This document shows, in pieces, positions 63,344-64,000 of a stretch of 64,000 bases of DNA. The notes under the pieces are model-generated. The model saw nothing but the letters and a program-made list of their open reading frames with translations. It was not told where the DNA came from and did not search any database. The translations under genes and the position numbers were made by a program. The stretch lies in IMG/VR virus record IMGVR_UViG_3300037963_003542; one strand, written 5' to 3'. How positions within the stretch are numbered: the stretch's first letter is position 1; each line of letters opens with the position of its first letter. Origin of the DNA: a virus.

Positions 63344-64000
63344 ATGCCCCAGAGTACGAATCTAAATAAAGCTCCATATTTTGATGATTTTGATCCAGAT
63401 AATAGTTATTATAGAGTACTCTTTAGACCTGGATATTCTATCCAGTCTAGAGAGTTAACTACTCTACAATCTATTTTACAAAATCAGGTCGAAAGTCTTG
63501 CTAAAGCAAACTTTAAGCAAGGTTCTATTGTAGTACCTGGGGAACTTATTGTAGATAGACAATATAATTTTGTAAAAGTAAGTTCATTCACGAATAATCT
63601 TCAAATTACTGATTATATCGGTAAGAAGATGACTGGTAATACTTCTGGTATTTCCGCAACAGTTGTTAATGCCACACCTGCATCTACAACTGAATCCGCC
63701 ACTTTGTTTGTTAAATATGAAAGTGGTGGATCGTCTAATACTTCATTAACTTTCACTCAAGGAGAGACTATCACAGCAAACTCTCCTGGATCTCCTACTG
63801 CAATTGTTGGAGTCAACGGAAATGTTAAACCAACAACCACTAATGCCATGGGATTTGGCACTGCGGTTTCAGTTAATGAAGGCATCTATTATATTAATGG
63901 GACATTGGTTAAAAATGAGAGTGAGACCATCATCCTTGAAAAATATAACAACACACCGACTTATAAAGTTGGTTTTATTGTATCTGAACAATTAACAACT
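63344..64000 (+). CDS. DUF4815/VrlC-like virion structural protein (partial, runs off the window)
   Basis: Not in ORF track. Manual: MPQSTNLNKAPYFDDFDPDNSYYRVLFRPGYSIQSRELTTLQSILQNQVE... Confidence 0.85.
   Translation, partial: MPQSTNLNKAPYFDDFDPDNSYYRVLFRPGYSIQSRELTTLQSILQNQVESLAKANFKQGSIVVPGELIVDRQYNFVKVSSFTNNLQITDYIGKKMTGNTSGISATVVNATPASTTESATLFVKYESGGSSNTSLTFTQGETITANSPGSPTAIVGVNGNVKPTTTNAMGFGTAVSVNEGIYYINGTLVKNESETIILEKYNNTPTYKVGFIVSEQLTT

Overview
This window is 64 kb of a T4-like marine cyanomyovirus genome, most likely a Synechococcus phage (CP12, speD, CobS/CobT-like pair, cyanophage-type gp7/gp8, tRNA-Ser(TGA), tRNA-Leu(TAA)). From 1 to about 24000 is a late tail/baseplate module: gp53, gp48, gp2 and gp4 on the minus strand, then gp54-like, gp26/gp51, three tape-measure/muralytic proteins, a hub protein, a split gp5, speD and a 1965-aa fibre. 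From about 24030 to 40660 is an early/middle accessory region of small ORFs. From about 40800 to 64000 is a second late module: glutaredoxin, PAAR, Gly-rich fibre, gp25, gp6, giant gp7, gp8 and a partial DUF4815-like protein. Three signals are not explained by the gene list. (1) A textbook -1 ribosomal frameshift signal (slippery A AAT TTT TTC, 7-nt spacer, 11-bp hairpin) joins gp26 to an otherwise start-less gp51 just upstream of the tape-measure-like genes, like lambda G/GT. (2) A promoter cassette occurs ten times: a dyad element 29-31 nt upstream of a -10 box, usually with a stem-loop between. (3) A cluster of cyanobacterial-type DnaA boxes lies beside an AT-rich tract in a non-coding segment. 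All family assignments are from motif recognition by eye; no database searches were run.
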